DNA of 63,090 nt, counting the filler, from Basidioascus undulatus (Eukaryota): assembly GCA_000826855.1 (NCBI GenBank). It is 3 parts of 3 records of this genome, joined end to end, with 100 filler letters (N's around TTAATTAATTAA, not from the genome) between each part and the next. Parts side by side here need not be neighbours in the genome. Positions count along the whole stretch, not along the records: positions 42,136 to 63,090 come from JTLS01000352.1; 2 more parts are not named here. One strand, given 5' to 3'. The position numbers and the translations under genes are program-made. The first letter of the stretch is position 1. Each line of letters starts with the position of its first letter. This document shows, piece after piece, positions 49,729 to 63,090 of the stretch. The notes below the pieces were generated by a model. It searched no databases and was not told the DNA's origin. It was given only the letters and a program-made list of their open reading frames with translations.

Positions 49729-52700
49729 TCAGACAACCGCGGGGGCGCCCTCGCTTTGGAGCGACTCGGCGGAGCCGCCCAGCAGCTTCTTGAGGAACTG
49801 TGAATTTGTAAAATGAGGCCAAACGTTGTCATTTGTGTGAGCTGGGGACGCAAGACGACAAGATCAATACATACGGCGTCGGATGTCGGCTCGCGGCCGA
49901 GGAAGGACTGCCAGAATATCACACGACTTGTCAGTCGCTTTGCCACATGCATGCTTGGACACCCGACGCAGAACAGTTCCAGCGGTACAAAGTCGAGTAA
50001 GCGCACCTTGAGAAGATCCATCTCGTCCCTGCTCCCTCCGGGAAGCAAGATGTGCCGACGGTACCGTGCGCCAGCCTCCGGCGACATCGGATCCTTGGAG
50101 AAGACAGTCTCGTACATGTCCGCGGAGAAGACCTGCGAAAAGAAAAAAAGCTGTCAGCCAAGGAAACGGAAAGAGAGGGATGGTAGCCTCTGAAAACGGC
50201 GTTATCGGCCTGGAGCGACTTGCCTGACTATAGAGATAGCCGTAATACCCAGCATCGTATCCGGAACTAATGTGCCCGAAGCTCGACTGCCCAGGCACGG
50301 CCTTGCTAGACTTGACGAGACTGATCTCCTCGCGCAGCTGGTCCCAGAGCGCAGTCATATCGAGCTCCTCCTCGGACGTGTGCACCTTCATGTCGTAGCT
50401 AGCGAAGAAGAGCTGACGGAGGTTGGCAAGGCCTGTTCCCGCGCGCGAAAGTTATCTCAGATATGTCAGGGCGGTGAGGTAAGCGGAGTTGGCACCCTGG
50501 TTCACGAAACGGCTCTTGATAATGCGCTCGATGAGCTTGTCCGGGAGTGGCTGCTGAGTCTCGTAGTGGGACGACATGCGCTTGAGCTCCTTGGGCTCCC
50601 AGCACCTGCGCATCATCGATGTTAATCGTTCTATTAGCCAACTGTCGCCACCCTTTTCAGCATCAGGGTGGAGCGACAACGTACCAGTTCTCGAGCATCT
50701 GGCTGGGCGCCTCGACGAAGTCTCGCGCGACATGCGTGCCGTGGAAGCGCGCGTACCGCGTCTTGCTGCACAGCTGGTGGAATGCGTGGCCTAAATGGTG
50801 GAAAGAAGGCAAGAGGAGGGAGGGAGTCGATCTGTGTCAGTGCCACAGATCCGCTGACGCACTGTTAGAAGCGATCCGGACCTACCCATCTCGTGGCTGA
50901 GCACCGCAATGGCATATAGCAATGCAGTCAGCATCAGGGCTGTATCCCTCCTTGCATCCCTGCGCATGTCACTCACAAGAACGTAACGACCTGCCGACCG
51001 CCCCGGAACTCCCGTCAGCAGCGCAATTGAAGCGATCTCCTTCATGACTTGCAAACGCACATCATTGTGAGGCATCAGTGCCGGCTTCCCCGGCGTCGGC
51101 TTCGCCAGGTTGGCGACCATCGCTGCGACGGGGTACTGCCGCGTCCCGTCCAGCTTGGTGCAACCGGGCACGAGCCCCCAGACTGCGGCGTGCGAGTACT
51201 TGTTGTCGCGAGGGAAGCTAAGGTGGGCGGTCAGCGTGGAACGGAATTGTCGATTGAGAAGAAAACCAAGGAAGACGCACAGGTCGAGGTGCATGTAACC
51301 CAAGAACTCCTTCTCCTCCGACGTAGACCAAACCGCGAACTGCTGGACGTCTGCTCATCCCATCCCCACGGCGCCTTGAATCAGCGCCTGACTCTGGACT
51401 GTTCGAAAAATTGAAGAAAGACGAAAAGGTCATAAGAGGTAAGACTGACCAGGGTGCCAGACCTTCGCGTCGGGCACGAGCTCGAACCTGACTTGGAGCA
51501 GGTCCTGGTACAAGTCGAGGATGACCTTGACCACCACGTTGACGGGGAAGTACTTCTTCACCTCGGCATCGTCGAGATCGAGCGTCTGCGGGAGATGTGC
51601 GACCGCTCGAGGTGAGATGCCGCACGCCTAGTGCCACGTGTTCATGCGACGCACCTTCTCGATGAACAGCCTGTCCAAATCTTCAAGCGGGTGTTGTGTT
51701 GACATCAGTCTCGGCCTTGTCTGTTCCCTCAGCTATTCCGGACATACAGCGATAGTCGTGGATCCAGAATTCCGGGTCGGAATCGCCGTCTTCGTTCTTG
51801 AGCTTGAGGAGCTTCTCCCTCTCGGCCTTGCCGACGGGGGTGAGCTTTTCGCGGAGGTCCGCAAGGAACTGTTGGCCTCCAGTCCATGTCCGTCAGAAAC
51901 CGCCGCTGTGGTTCCGGTTAGTAACCACGAGATAACGCACGGTGTTCACGTTCTCCGCCGTCTTGGCCTGACCAGCCCCGCCAATCACACACGAATTAGC
52001 GGATCCCGCGAAGAGAACCGCACGCCACGCCACGCAGCTGCAAGCGTACCATCTTGGGTTCGATGACATAATCAGCGTGCGTTTTGTATCCCAGCACATT
52101 CTTGTGCTCCCTCCGCAGACGGACGGTCTCCGCCAGGATGTCGGTGTTGATCGCCAGGCGCGCCTCGAACGCCTCGTAGGCGCGCCTGCGCGTGTCGGCG
52201 TTGCGCGCGTACTTGAAGACAGGGAGAATGTCGGGCGTTTTGAAAGCTGAGCATCGCGGGAAAAAAGTGAGGGGTGAGAAGGTGAGAAGGTGTGGTGAGT
52301 GAACCGCGAGCGAGGGGCCAGCGAGAGTTAAGGGTTTTGGGAGAAGACGTACTGACGGCGAGCTTGTCGGTACCTTCCTCCTTGGAGTAGCCGTTCACCA
52401 CGTCCTCGGGAACGCCCTCGAGTTCATCGCGCGTGAACGCGATTGTCCCCTTCTCCTCATTGAAGTTCTTCGAGAACGCCAGCGTCGCGTCCGAAATCTT
52501 CTTCTTAATCTATATCCCACCACCTGCTCAACCATCGGCCTCCAGCAGCTCATGTCCCTGCCCCCTTTCCTTGCCAACAGTTGAACGTACCTCGACCAGC
52601 TTCTCCCTCTTCTTATCGGGCAAGGCCAACCCTGCGCGCCGGGCGTTGAGCAGCATCTTCTCGAGTAGCCGCTTCTGCTCCGGCTCAAGAGCGGCGAGGT

Positions 52701-53477
52701 CCGTGTTGCGCTCGGCGGCTTGGAGAGCGAGGTAGATGTCCTTGCGCGCGGAAGACTCGATGTAGAACTCGCGGATGAGGCGGTCGGCCTCGACGGAGGC
52801 ATCGCGGAGGGTCTTGTCCGGGGAGACGTACTGCCGGAAGATGACGAGGTGAGGAGGGAGCGAGGGACAGGGAGAGAATGGGGGTTAAGGACGAACTTGG
52901 TAGAAGGTCCTGGACGAGAGAAGGGGGTCAGGTGGCTCTCGGAGACAGTCGATGGGATAGAGGGAGGATGTGCTGAACGCACAAGTGGTCCGCCTCAATG
53001 TCCAGCGCCGCCTCATCCTGCGCCAGTGCCTCGACGACGTTGTCGAAGGTCTGCTGCTCCGCAAGACGCGCACCGATGGTGTCCTGGAGCGCTCGCGAGC
53101 GCTCGATCGCAGACTTGGTGATAGAGACGATCGAGTCCTGGGGGCTCAGGTGGGGATGAGCATGGGCGCCAGAGCGCTCGAATGGTAGTGGTACGCACAG
53201 GCGTGTGCTGCGTCCAGTCCGGGGGGGCCTGAGGCGCCGGAGTGAGTTTTTCGGCGCTGCTGGACATGGCGAACTCGATGGGCTGAGCAAGGGGCCGGGG
53301 AATGGAAGTAGTCAAGCTGCGCGAGTGGGAGTAGAGCGCAGGGGGGGAGACGGAGGGGATGCGGCTGAGAAGCAGGAGGCTCGAAAGAAGGGCTACGGGA
53401 GTACGGCGTAGTAGTCTGGTGCTGAAGGGCGTCCTTTGTGTCGTCTTCAACGCCGCTGTCGACGTGGAGCGAAGCAT
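49729..53477 (-). CDS. Peptidase family M3A (thimet oligopeptidase/saccharolysin Prd1/MepB-like)
   Basis: [69 protein letters not shown]. Many short exons. Second in-frame ATG at 53267. Confidence 0.93.
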
Positions 53478-54928
53478 CGAGAGCGCAAGGAGGAAGACCG
53501 GACCACGCGAGCACACGGCAAGAGCGATCCCTCGAGTCCGGAGCTTCGGCAAGCTTATCGACGCGGATGAGGTCAGCACTTTCACCCAAACTTGTTTCTT
53601 TTCCGATCTCTGCGTGAGCGGACGAGGGTGCAGACGGTTTGCAAGGTAATAAAGCAAGGAAAACATTATTCCCTCGGTCCTGTTGCGGCGGCGATTGTGG
53701 TCGAGGCAAGAAGTTGGCCATCAAGCTACGGCCCCGGTCACTCTGCCCAATACCGACTTCTCACGGCCGACAATCACAATTTGAACCAGAGTGCGTTGCG
53801 GAAGACCTTTGAAGAAAGTGAGTTCTGGAGTTTAGGAATGAATTGACCTCGGAGAACACATTGACATTGTCAACTTTCAGACCGCTGTGTACCGACCAGC
53901 TTCAATGTGCGAGACGTTGTTCACGTCGTAACGTACCTCAGCCGGATGTTGTCTTTAAAAGAAGAAGATGGAAGGACACAACGGCCTTTTAAATGGGTGC
54001 AGTAGTCGATGAAGACGCTGGATGTCTGCTCACTGCTAAGGGTCGCGGCGGTTGAAAGCTGCATCGTACTGACAACCCAAACCGGTGATGTTGTCCTCGG
54101 CGTGCATCTTGAGCCAGCATAAAGGGGTGTTTCTACCAGATTCAGTCTTGCGGCGAACACTCGTCTGACGGACATACAGCAACGCAAGTCTTCCTTGCGA
54201 GTAAAGCGAATCATCGCTTCCTCTGTCCTCTGTGGCAACGACAAGCAAGCGAGGGACAACGCGATTACTGTTTGCATCCTTATTTGCTCTTAGAAATATG
54301 TAAAGACGCCTTGAAAACCCCAAGCAGGGTGTGTTGTGCTTTGCAACCGGCTTTCCGCTGGATAAGGACGCTAGTGCCCAACTGCTCGAAGCTGCCTCTT
54401 GCGGACCGTTGTCGAAACGGGGTACCGCAGAGTAAATCTGATAAAATTAAGACATATAACCATGTTGGGTTTCTCGGTGTCCTTCACATCATGGCTCGCC
54501 AAAGTAAGCCTCGAACCTGCTAGGAGTAGCCCTGTCTGTCGGTCTCCCCAGCAACCCCGCCCCCTCGCAACAACCACTAGTGCCAGTCGGCTACCGTCCT
54601 CCTATTTTAGGTCTCACAGTAAAAGAGTGGTTCGGCTTCCCTGCACACAGCACTTAAGGAACTCCGATCGTTTGAAGTCCGAACGGCAGACCGAATTTTC
54701 AAGAGCTTGTGGATATGCGACACAAACTTGGGACTTCCGTCCGGCCATTGCAGAACGCAGGCGAGTTGCTCAAGTTTTGAGTGCTCAATTTTTGAATACA
54801 TTCGTTTTTTCTTTCGGAAGTCAATAAGCTACTGAAGTATTACAAGGAGCTAACAGGGTATCGACGTAATTACAGTCGGATCGTAGCCCAGAAAGGAAAG
54901 GTAAACAACACAACAGAGCGGACCAAGA

Positions 54929-57900
54929 TTAAGCGTGAACGATCGTGAAAGCCTCGCTGGACCACGGCTTTGCGTTGGGGTTCTTCGCGACCGCCCTGTC
55001 GCGCTCGGCCTGCTTGGCGAGGAAGTGCGATGGCGGGTCGGCGTGGACAATGGTCTTCTCGGACTGTCCATCGGACAAACGTTGGCGTCAGTACTTGTGG
55101 TCTCGTACAGACCGCAGGCAGGGGAAAGACGTACGGAAAGGGCAACGTTGAACTGGGACTGGCGCTCTTCCGCGATGCGCTTGCTCTCGCGAGCCTTCTC
55201 CTCGCCCTTGCGCTCCTTGCGCTGGAAGAGCTCCTTGAGGACCTGGGTGCGGTCCATGTTCTCATCCTCCTTCGCAGCGTTGAGGCGGTCGTTGACCTGC
55301 AGCGCAGGCGGCGTCAGTACGGCGTGCCGCTGCCTTCGAGATCCAGAGGACGAACCTGGACGAGTTGGCTGTCAAGCGTCTCTAGCGCGATGGTGATGTT
55401 GTGCTCGAGGGCCTTGGCAATCTGCTTTTTGACGAGGCCGGTCTGCGAGTGAAAATGTAAGTGAGCAACCGTAGGTGCAATAGAGGAAAGCTAGAAGGGG
55501 CAAGACGAACCGCAAGAGGACGGATCGTCTTGTAGAGGAGGTCGTGCTTCGAGTCGTGGATGGCGAACTTAAGCGTGTCGATGTTCACCTTGACCGACGA
55601 CACGCGGAAGACGTGGCGCTTATCCTCGTTGCCGCCCTTGAGCACGACCTTGGCCGAGATGCCCTTGCCGCCGAGGAAGACGTCCGCGAGACCGGTGTCG
55701 GAGATCTCTGCGTTGCGGGAAACAGAGGGCGGTCAGACACTGGTTCGCAAAAGGAAATCTACCCAGTCCGGCGAAGACGCACTCGGGAACCCGGACTTCT
55801 TGTTGAAGTAGAAGCCGACGTTGCGGAGGTCAGCCTGGATCTGGCTGAGACCGAGCTTGAAGGCTGGGAGACAGCGTCGCTGGAGTTAATCGCAGATCGG
55901 TTGAGCGACTTCGGACGAGACGCACTATGCGAGTGAGTGTCCTTGATGGTCTTGTACGGGGAGAACTTGAAGAAGTTCTGCGCCTCGAACTCGACGACGT
56001 TGGGCAGCAACTGCAAGTGCGCGCAGCCTCGTTAGTCCTACTGTTCCTCAAGGAGCACACCAACGCGAAGACGCACGTTTGAACCCTGAAGCACGAGGTT
56101 CTCGATGACGAGGTCGACCGCCTTGTCGGAGTACTCGATACGGGGGATGGGGATGTCTGAAGTGGTAACGACGCCAAAGAGAGTAAGCGAACTATGTTGA
56201 GGCAGCTCGGATAAGTGCAAGCTTACAGCCGATCTTCTGCACGACGGACGGGATGATGGTATCGCGGAGGTCGTTCCAGAGATGGGGCTTGAACTTGTAG
56301 TTCCCCTCGGCGTCAAGTCTGAATAAGACAAGCGGTTAGTAGGAAAAATCGGAGAATCCAAGGACTGAAAGGTACGAAAGACGGACAGAAGGTCCTTCCA
56401 GCTGATAAGCGTCGAGATGTGACGTCAGTTCACCGCGGGAAGAAGCACAGAGGACGACCACGTACAGCTTCTTGATGTCCTCGCCGAAGCGCTGGTTGAG
56501 CGAGTCCTCCTCGAAGCCTTTGCCCCACTCGGTGATGGAGTCGACGAACGCGTCCCAGTGGCCGCGGTACTTGTCCTGGAAGAAGTACTTGCCCTCGTCG
56601 CGAAGCTGGCGAGCCTCGGCGTCCGACTGGTCCTTGAGCACGTAGCCCGGCTCGAGAAGAGCCTTGCGGAGGTCTATAAAACACGTCACAGCAACACCGA
56701 TCCTCGTCAGCATCTGTGGTAAAACACATCGGCTGCGTCGAGGGCAGAGGCTGGACAAAAACGCACAGGTGTCGAGCTTCTTAAACCAGTCGCGCAGCTG
56801 CTGGTCGTTGTCGGCGTCGCGGTAGATCTGGTTCACCGAGTCGATGACGGGTTCCAGGCTGCGGTTATTGGCGAAGCGTTCGAGAAGGGTGCGGAAGTTG
56901 GCGGTCGCGGAGGAGTAGTTCGGGTCGGCCGCGAGGTTCTTGGCCGCGCCCGCGCCGGTCCCGCTCAGGTCCTGCGCGTGGCCCTGGTAGGTCTGCCGAT
57001 CGTGAAGAATGACGTTGGCGCTGCAAACCGAGAGGTAGGAAAGATTGTGGGGAGATCAGACGCACCTCGAAGAGCTCAAGGTAGTAGCTGATAGCGGCCT
57101 GCGATGTTGAAGAAAAAGACGTCAGCCTGCAAGGTTCGCGAAAGTTGAAGACGACCCTACGAACCTGGTACTCCTTGTGCTTCTGGATCTCGGTCAAGAG
57201 CTTCTTGAGGCGGTAGATCCACTGGTCACGGCGCTCCTCGGGGAACTGCTCCTTCAGGTGGTTCTTGGCCTTGTTGTACTGTTCATTGACGCGCTCGCGG
57301 TGCTGCACGTCCGACAAATCAATATGTCAGCACCCGCGTGCGAAGTCGTGACGTTCATCTGGGTGACCAGGACATACTTCCTCGGGGATCTTGTCCTTCA
57401 GCACCTGAACCTTGGTCTTGCCTTCCTCCTTGGCGATCTGCTTCTTGCGCTCCTCCGCATCGGGCGCGTCGTCGGGGACAGCGTCGATCCTGCGTTGGAC
57501 GTCGTGGGCGTGCTCCTCCGCCTCGCGCTTCGCCTGCTCCTTGCGCTCCTCGGCCTCGCGCGCCTTCTCGTCAATGACCTGCCCGCCGGCCTTGCCGTTG
57601 ACGTCGAGCGAGTCGGGGTCGTTCGGGTCCGCGCGCGGATCGACCTTGACCTTCTGCTTGCCGAACTTGAGCTCGACTTGCGGCGTCGAGTCCGGCCCGT
57701 GGATCTGCCCGTCCGCGCCCTTCCACTGGTCGGCCGGCGCGGGCTCGTCGACGGATTGGAGGCGCTCCTGGTCGGGGCGGGCGGATTCCGCGGCCTTGGC
57801 GGCGGCTTGGGCGAAGAGGTCGCGCTGTGGGCCAGTGTGCGCGTGAGCCTGAAACATCAAAAGCGTTTCCTGGTCCATAAAATTCGACGTACACCGATGA

Positions 57901-58776
57901 TGCCGGCGTCGGAGGCGAGCTTGCGGGCCTCCGAGTTGGTGATGATGAGGGTGAAGAGGGTACGGGCGTGTTGCGCGGCTGTGCGAGGGGATGGTTAGGG
58001 CGACGTTGAGGAAGGGAAGGTTGATCAAGGAAATGGATTCACCCTTGTCCGCGTGCTCCTTGCGCTCCTCCTCGCTAGCAGGAATCGCGTCCTTTCCCGC
58101 CTTGCCGCGGGAAATGTCACCGTTGCGCCCGGCCCACAGGAAGTTCTGGATGAGCTCGTCCTCTGTCCGCCATCGCGCAGGCACGCTCACAGTCAGCCTC
58201 GTCTGACTTTTTTAAGGGACAGAGGCTTCGCGACTCACGGTTCTTCTCGGCCACCAGTACGCGCACGGACTCGATCACGTCGCGTGCATCTTGGAGGAGC
58301 GTCTTGCCCTCGGCGGAGAGCTTAGACTCGTCGAAGGGCGCGTGCTCCTCGACGTACCTGCAATGCAAAGTCATTGAGCGAGACATTCTTCCACCCACTG
58401 CCTCCTGAACACGCTCAAATCGAAGGACATACCGAAGCGTGGAGTCGATCTGCTTGTTGTCAGGGTACCGGCCGTCGGCGAAGGCCTTGATCACGCCGTA
58501 GAAGGCGAGCTGGAGATGATTGCGAGGATAGATCAGCATCTTTCCTCAACGGTCGAGAAGTTCCCTGGGGGTAATCCACCCACCTTGCGGTCGACCTCCT
58601 GTTCCTGGAGCTTAGGGTCCGTCGGGGACGTGACGCCCATGGCGCCAGGGTTCTCGGAGACGTTCCTGTTCGAACCCACAGTACCCTCTGAGGTCAGCGC
58701 ACCCCGGTCGGTTCCTGGGCCTTTGCCCGCGCACGGGCAGCGGAGGGACGTACTTGGTGGCAGTCTGAACAGACAT
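54929..58776 (-). CDS. DUF4449/HAM1-like (S. pombe C32A11.02c-like) protein
   Basis: EQEVDRK|LAFYGVIKAFADGRYPDNKQID, DELIQNFLW, FPEERRDQWIYRLKK, IPIPRIEYSD, HDSKHDLLY, ends PWSSEAFTIVHA*. Multi-exon. Confidence 0.85.
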
Positions 58777-61700
58777 GATTACGGGTGTACTGTAATTGGT
58801 AGAGGTCTTGGTTGGGTAGGGAGGCGGTTCGAATCGAGTATCGATAGATTCGTCCAAGTCGTGAATGGGCGCAAATCTGGGGTGTCGCGTGCGCGTATAT
58901 GTAGATGATGTGGTGGGAAGGAGAGTGGGAAAGAGCGAGAGCGGGAGAGAAGTAAAAGGTCGATGGGAGTGGGCGTTAATGAGTACGAACAGGCGCAAGG
59001 CTCGCAAGATGTCGTCATTTCGTGACGAACTTGGCCTCAATCGGCGGCTGGACCCTGACCACGAGAGTTGGCTGCCAGTCCAAAGGGAAATTGCACCCGA
59101 GTGAAGTCATGCAAAGTGCAGGCATGAGCTTGCAACTGCCAAGGCTATAACCTACGCGAAGTCTCAGAAAGTGGCAGATGCGCAGCAGGCGAGATAATGA
59201 GGCGTAGCGTGGTGCACTGCAACGCCGACTGCGCTGTGGAGTGCTCAAGAGCGGACTGATGTAGGACCCCCCGAAAGTCCCAGCAGAGGTTCGCAACATA
59301 GAAGGCCCTTTTCGGCACTTTTGTCTGTTTTTGCGTCGCGAAGGTGCTCGGCGGCCGGCCGCGAAAGGTGGCCTTGTCAGTTTCTGTCGCGAACTTCAGT
59401 CGGCCTTCAGAGCCTCGTAAATGGCCTTCAACTCGCTGCTTTTCCCTATGAGACAGCCTCAAGTCGCTTCAGAGCTTTTCTGCACCTTGCTAAAGTGTAA
59501 GAGGGAGGGTACCTTGAGAAAGTTGAAGCCCTGGTCCCTTTTCACCTGGTCTCACGCTTCCTCACCCCCTCAGGACATGACACTTCCTCCATTCAAAGTC
59601 CTTAAAGTAAATAAAATTGCGCAGCACCAGAATCGAACCCGCAACCCAGCCATTGCACAGCCATACCACCTCATCAAGGTGCACTCGTTGTCAGTTTCTG
59701 TCGCGAAGAGTCGGCGATTCTGAGTCCGATTCTGTCAGTTTTTGGTCGCGAACCTCTACCCGCGCTTTCGGGGTACCTACTGATGTTTGCACCGGTTGTC
59801 AGGCAGATTTGGAGCTCGAGCCCAGCCGCTGGGCGGACGATTCGGAAAGAGTCATGCAGGTCTGTGAAGAGACCGTATCGTCCCGCCCGTGTGTCGAGAT
59901 TCCACGACGCAACACGATGCTTGCTGACCGAATGATACCTCGAGTGCCGTGCAGCCTGCTGAGTGATAAGAGCATACCAACATAACGCTTGATACCTTCA
60001 GTGGGATGGTGGAGGCCCAGCCAGTGGGCGTTGGCGTGGGTCGGCTGAAAGGGACATGGTTCATGCCAAGTGGTCTCATCGCAAGCTCATCCCGCTCTCC
60101 ACTCTCACTCTCCCCTCTCACTCTCCACTCTCGGCTCGTAGCTCTTGTACTCCATGAGCCACTGACCAAACTCCACACCACCGTTGAGAAGAGCAGTCAT
60201 TCAATGCACATTGCATTCCATAGTTGGCGACGGCGGTGGGCAAGACTCCAGCGTTCGTCCAAGGGCGTAGAACCATGCTGTCGAGCGGGAAGGATAAGGG
60301 TTGGTAAAAGATGAGAACACACCCCGTTTAGCAAATGTTACGTGGAACTTAAGGTGCAAATTAACTGTCTTAAAAGCGGTCAGCAGGTCTTCTTTAAAAA
60401 GTGAGAAGCCATGGACAACAGCGGTCACTGCAGGTCGACCGACAGGACGGATCATGGCTGTACTTATCCATAGCATGATAATTCGAGATATTCAATGCCC
60501 CTGCTCGCTGGGGTCCATGGAGACAGATTAAACGACAAGCAAGGTCGTGAATGATGCTTGCAGGGAAGTTTGAGCCTCCCACTGCACTCGGCACCCGGCT
60601 CAAACAGTGTATCTATCAAGAAGCATACACACTTTACTCTATATGAGCTCTGTTCGGCCAAAAGTACAAAACAACACCCTGTAACAGCGCTTTGTGCGCT
60701 GGACCTGTCAGAGGCCAGATACATCCCTTGCGGGCGACCTTGCTTGTGCAATTGACGTTATGCGGTGCAGCCCTCCGTCTATCGAAGGAAGAAACATCTA
60801 GTATTACAGATGTCTAGTATCAGGAACTATTTCGGCAGTCCTTGCTAGCAGGACAAGGGCAAGCAGTGCCCGCTAATGCGTGACTGCAACCGCTGCAGCT
60901 GTGGAACGTATGTTAAAGATAGACCATACCCGTGTATTGATGGGGAAACCTATAAAACACTAGAAAGCTCACAAACTCCCTTGATACATGATAAAAAATT
61001 TCAGGACGTTCATGCCCCAGCCCCTCTTTCAAGAGCTGCAAACGCCGCGGGAACTCCATGCCGTGCCACAGCATGCACGTTCCAAGGAAAATCACATTTT
61101 AGATGCACATTGAGTTTCTTGTGATGAAAGCGGTTACACTTTGGGAGCAATAAGCAATGCTGCAGCGTGATTCATGAAAGTGTATGCAGCGAATAAGCGT
61201 GAATGTCCTACAATGCCATGGCCAGGTAAGGAAAAACGGGGTAGTAACCATAACAAGCAGGAATCGAAGGATGAGCAGGTCCCAAATCAAGGTTGGAAAA
61301 AGGAAGTCAACGCAACTGGCTGCTAGACACGGACAACCCACAAACAACTCAGGGCACTGCTGGCCAAACCGGTGTGCTGCAGCGAAAATCCACTGCAAGA
61401 GATCTCCAGTCAGGGCGCTCGGAGGGCCGGCGTAGCCGGTGTAGAAAAGCCCATTTTAATATGAGAGCTGTGCTCAGTCAGCCTGAACGTCGAGCAGCGC
61501 TCGGCTTTAACAGCCACGGCATGGTTCTCTCCTCCAACGCACAATCAATGTCTCCCTAGGGCTCGCAGTTCCTGCACCGCGCCCACAGCGGTGTGCGGGC
61601 CCACGTAGTCCTACATACCTTGCCGTCCGGAAGATCTTGCCGTGCTGAAGCAAGCTGCAATTGCCAGGTCCCGCCCGACAGGACCACAGCGAGTTGTGAA

Positions 61701-62026
61701 GACCTGGAAGACGACCGGCACAACGATTGTTCTCCTAGATTGCCACGACCAAGCACCGACGGGAAAGACGTGGAGTAGGGAACGTGGGTCGGAAGGGCGA
61801 TGAGAGGGTGGAGAGATCGCGGTGCAGCCTCAGCGCTGCAGATGAGAAGCCATGCCATGTCAAATGATCCAATTCAATTCAATTCATTGTATGTGTGTGC
61901 GAGTTGTGTAAGTGCGTAAGCAAGCAAGGAACCAGACCGGAAGGAGTGAAAGGTTGGTGGGGATATCAGCCGGCAAGCAAAGGAAAGGGACGGGAAAGGT
62001 AAAAAGGAAAGAAGGGAAGGTAGGTG

Positions 62027-62695
62027 CTACAAGCGTGTCACGGCTTTGGGATCGAGCGGGAAGCCGAACGCGTCAACCCCGTTTTGCGCAAAGAGCTCGC
62101 GCTGCCGCTTTAGGCGGGCTTGGTCGAACCTGTGGGGAGGGGCGAGTAAGCGTGCCGGTCCGTGCAGCTCGTCGTTCGTCAAGAACAGAAGAGAGAGAGA
62201 AAAGGGACGTACGTCAGCCCCTCCCTCCGCATGATCTCCCTGACCTCCCGCGCGCCCTCCTCATCCAGCCCGGCGCGTGAATCCCCGCCCGCGATGTTGG
62301 CAGCCTCGATGTCGAAGTTGCCTGAGGAGAGGCCGGCGTCGCGCTGGGAGGCGAAAGTGGAGAGGGGCTGGTAGTAGTGTGAGATAGACGCGCGGGAGGG
62401 GAGGTGGGAGCGGAGGGTGGAGAGCGAGGGGCCCTTATAGGCGACTGTCACGGCGGGTGATGTCATTTCGTTGTGGTGGACGTGAGCGAGGGAGGGGTGG
62501 AGGGGAGAAGGAGATGGACGAACCGAGCAGGGCTATAAGGACGAGGAGCAAGAGGATCCCTCCTGCGATGTGCCACACTGTCTCCCCGCAGAGGTAGGGT
62601 CGCACAAAGGGAGGGACAAGGGACACAGCATTTAGTTCCCGCGGTGTGCGGTGTGCCTGGATCGAGACATGGATGGCGTGAGACGCGCACGCACT
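62027..62695 (-). CDS. DUF2015-family small fungal membrane protein
   Basis: N-terminal TM segment WHIAGGILLLLVLIALL; TFASQRDAGLSSGNFDIEAAN..GDSRAGLDE...IMRREGLT|FDQARL...NGVDAFGFPLDPKAVTRL*. The start codon is probably split by an intron. Confidence 0.85.
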
Positions 62696-63090
62696 TTCGG
62701 GGTCAGACGTTTGGGGGGAGAGTCAGCGACAGGCGTGGGTAAGCGGGGTTGGGAGCAAGAAGGAGAGCGAGAGGAGAAGGATAATGAGCGGATGAATGGA
62801 GGAAAGGAACGATGAGGACAACGATCGCGACGGCGCGGCGGCGGGAGGCTCCGCTCGGCATAATTCCTGCGGATGTCCGCGGATTAACAATGCTTGTCTT
62901 CACGCTTCTCGCTCGTCTCTTCCCGCACCATGCATGACATGTTGTACACTCCGGCCCCCTGAACAATATACCATTCCAGTATAGAAGCAGTGCTGTAACG
63001 TCGCGAAGCAATAGTCAAACAGCGAGCATGTCGGCAGGGTCGGGCGAAACGTCGGCTGGAGTCGGCGCTTACCCTGCGAAGGGGCGATTT

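Noticed and set aside
58820..58840. GGTTCGAATC T-loop-like motif suggesting a tRNA
   Set aside because: No cloverleaf stems, and it lies in the 5' region of a protein-coding gene. No tRNA or rRNA was identified in the window.

Overview
Intron-rich, GC-rich fungal genomic DNA. It is most likely a basidiomycete; frequent GTGCGT/GTTCGT/GTCCGT donors and the protein styles suggest possibly Pucciniomycotina (inference). The window is three contigs of about 21 kb (1-20969, 21070-42035, 42136-63090) joined by artificial N44-TTAATTAATTAA-N44 linkers, so adjacency across the linkers is meaningless. Contig 1: Ser/Pro-rich gene, MAK5, F-box gene, truncated mitochondrial uL13 abutting a trypsin-like protease C-terminus, DHR2-like helicase, GLO3 and a probable NOT2 start. 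Contig 2: Cdt1 end, Copia integrase relic, an XlnR/Xyr1-like Zn2Cys6 regulator, an HMMR-like gene, CHD1 end and several pseudogenes (UPF0658, WD40, wax synthase, F-box/LRR). Contig 3: CCZ1 start, a Kar9/GAS2-like gene, M3 oligopeptidase, DUF4449/HAM1-like gene and DUF2015 gene. Best leads: the XlnR-like regulator in a basidiomycete, the uL13m/protease junction, and C-to-T-type pseudogenisation in contig 2. Family calls come from recognised motifs, not database searches. CDS spans include introns.
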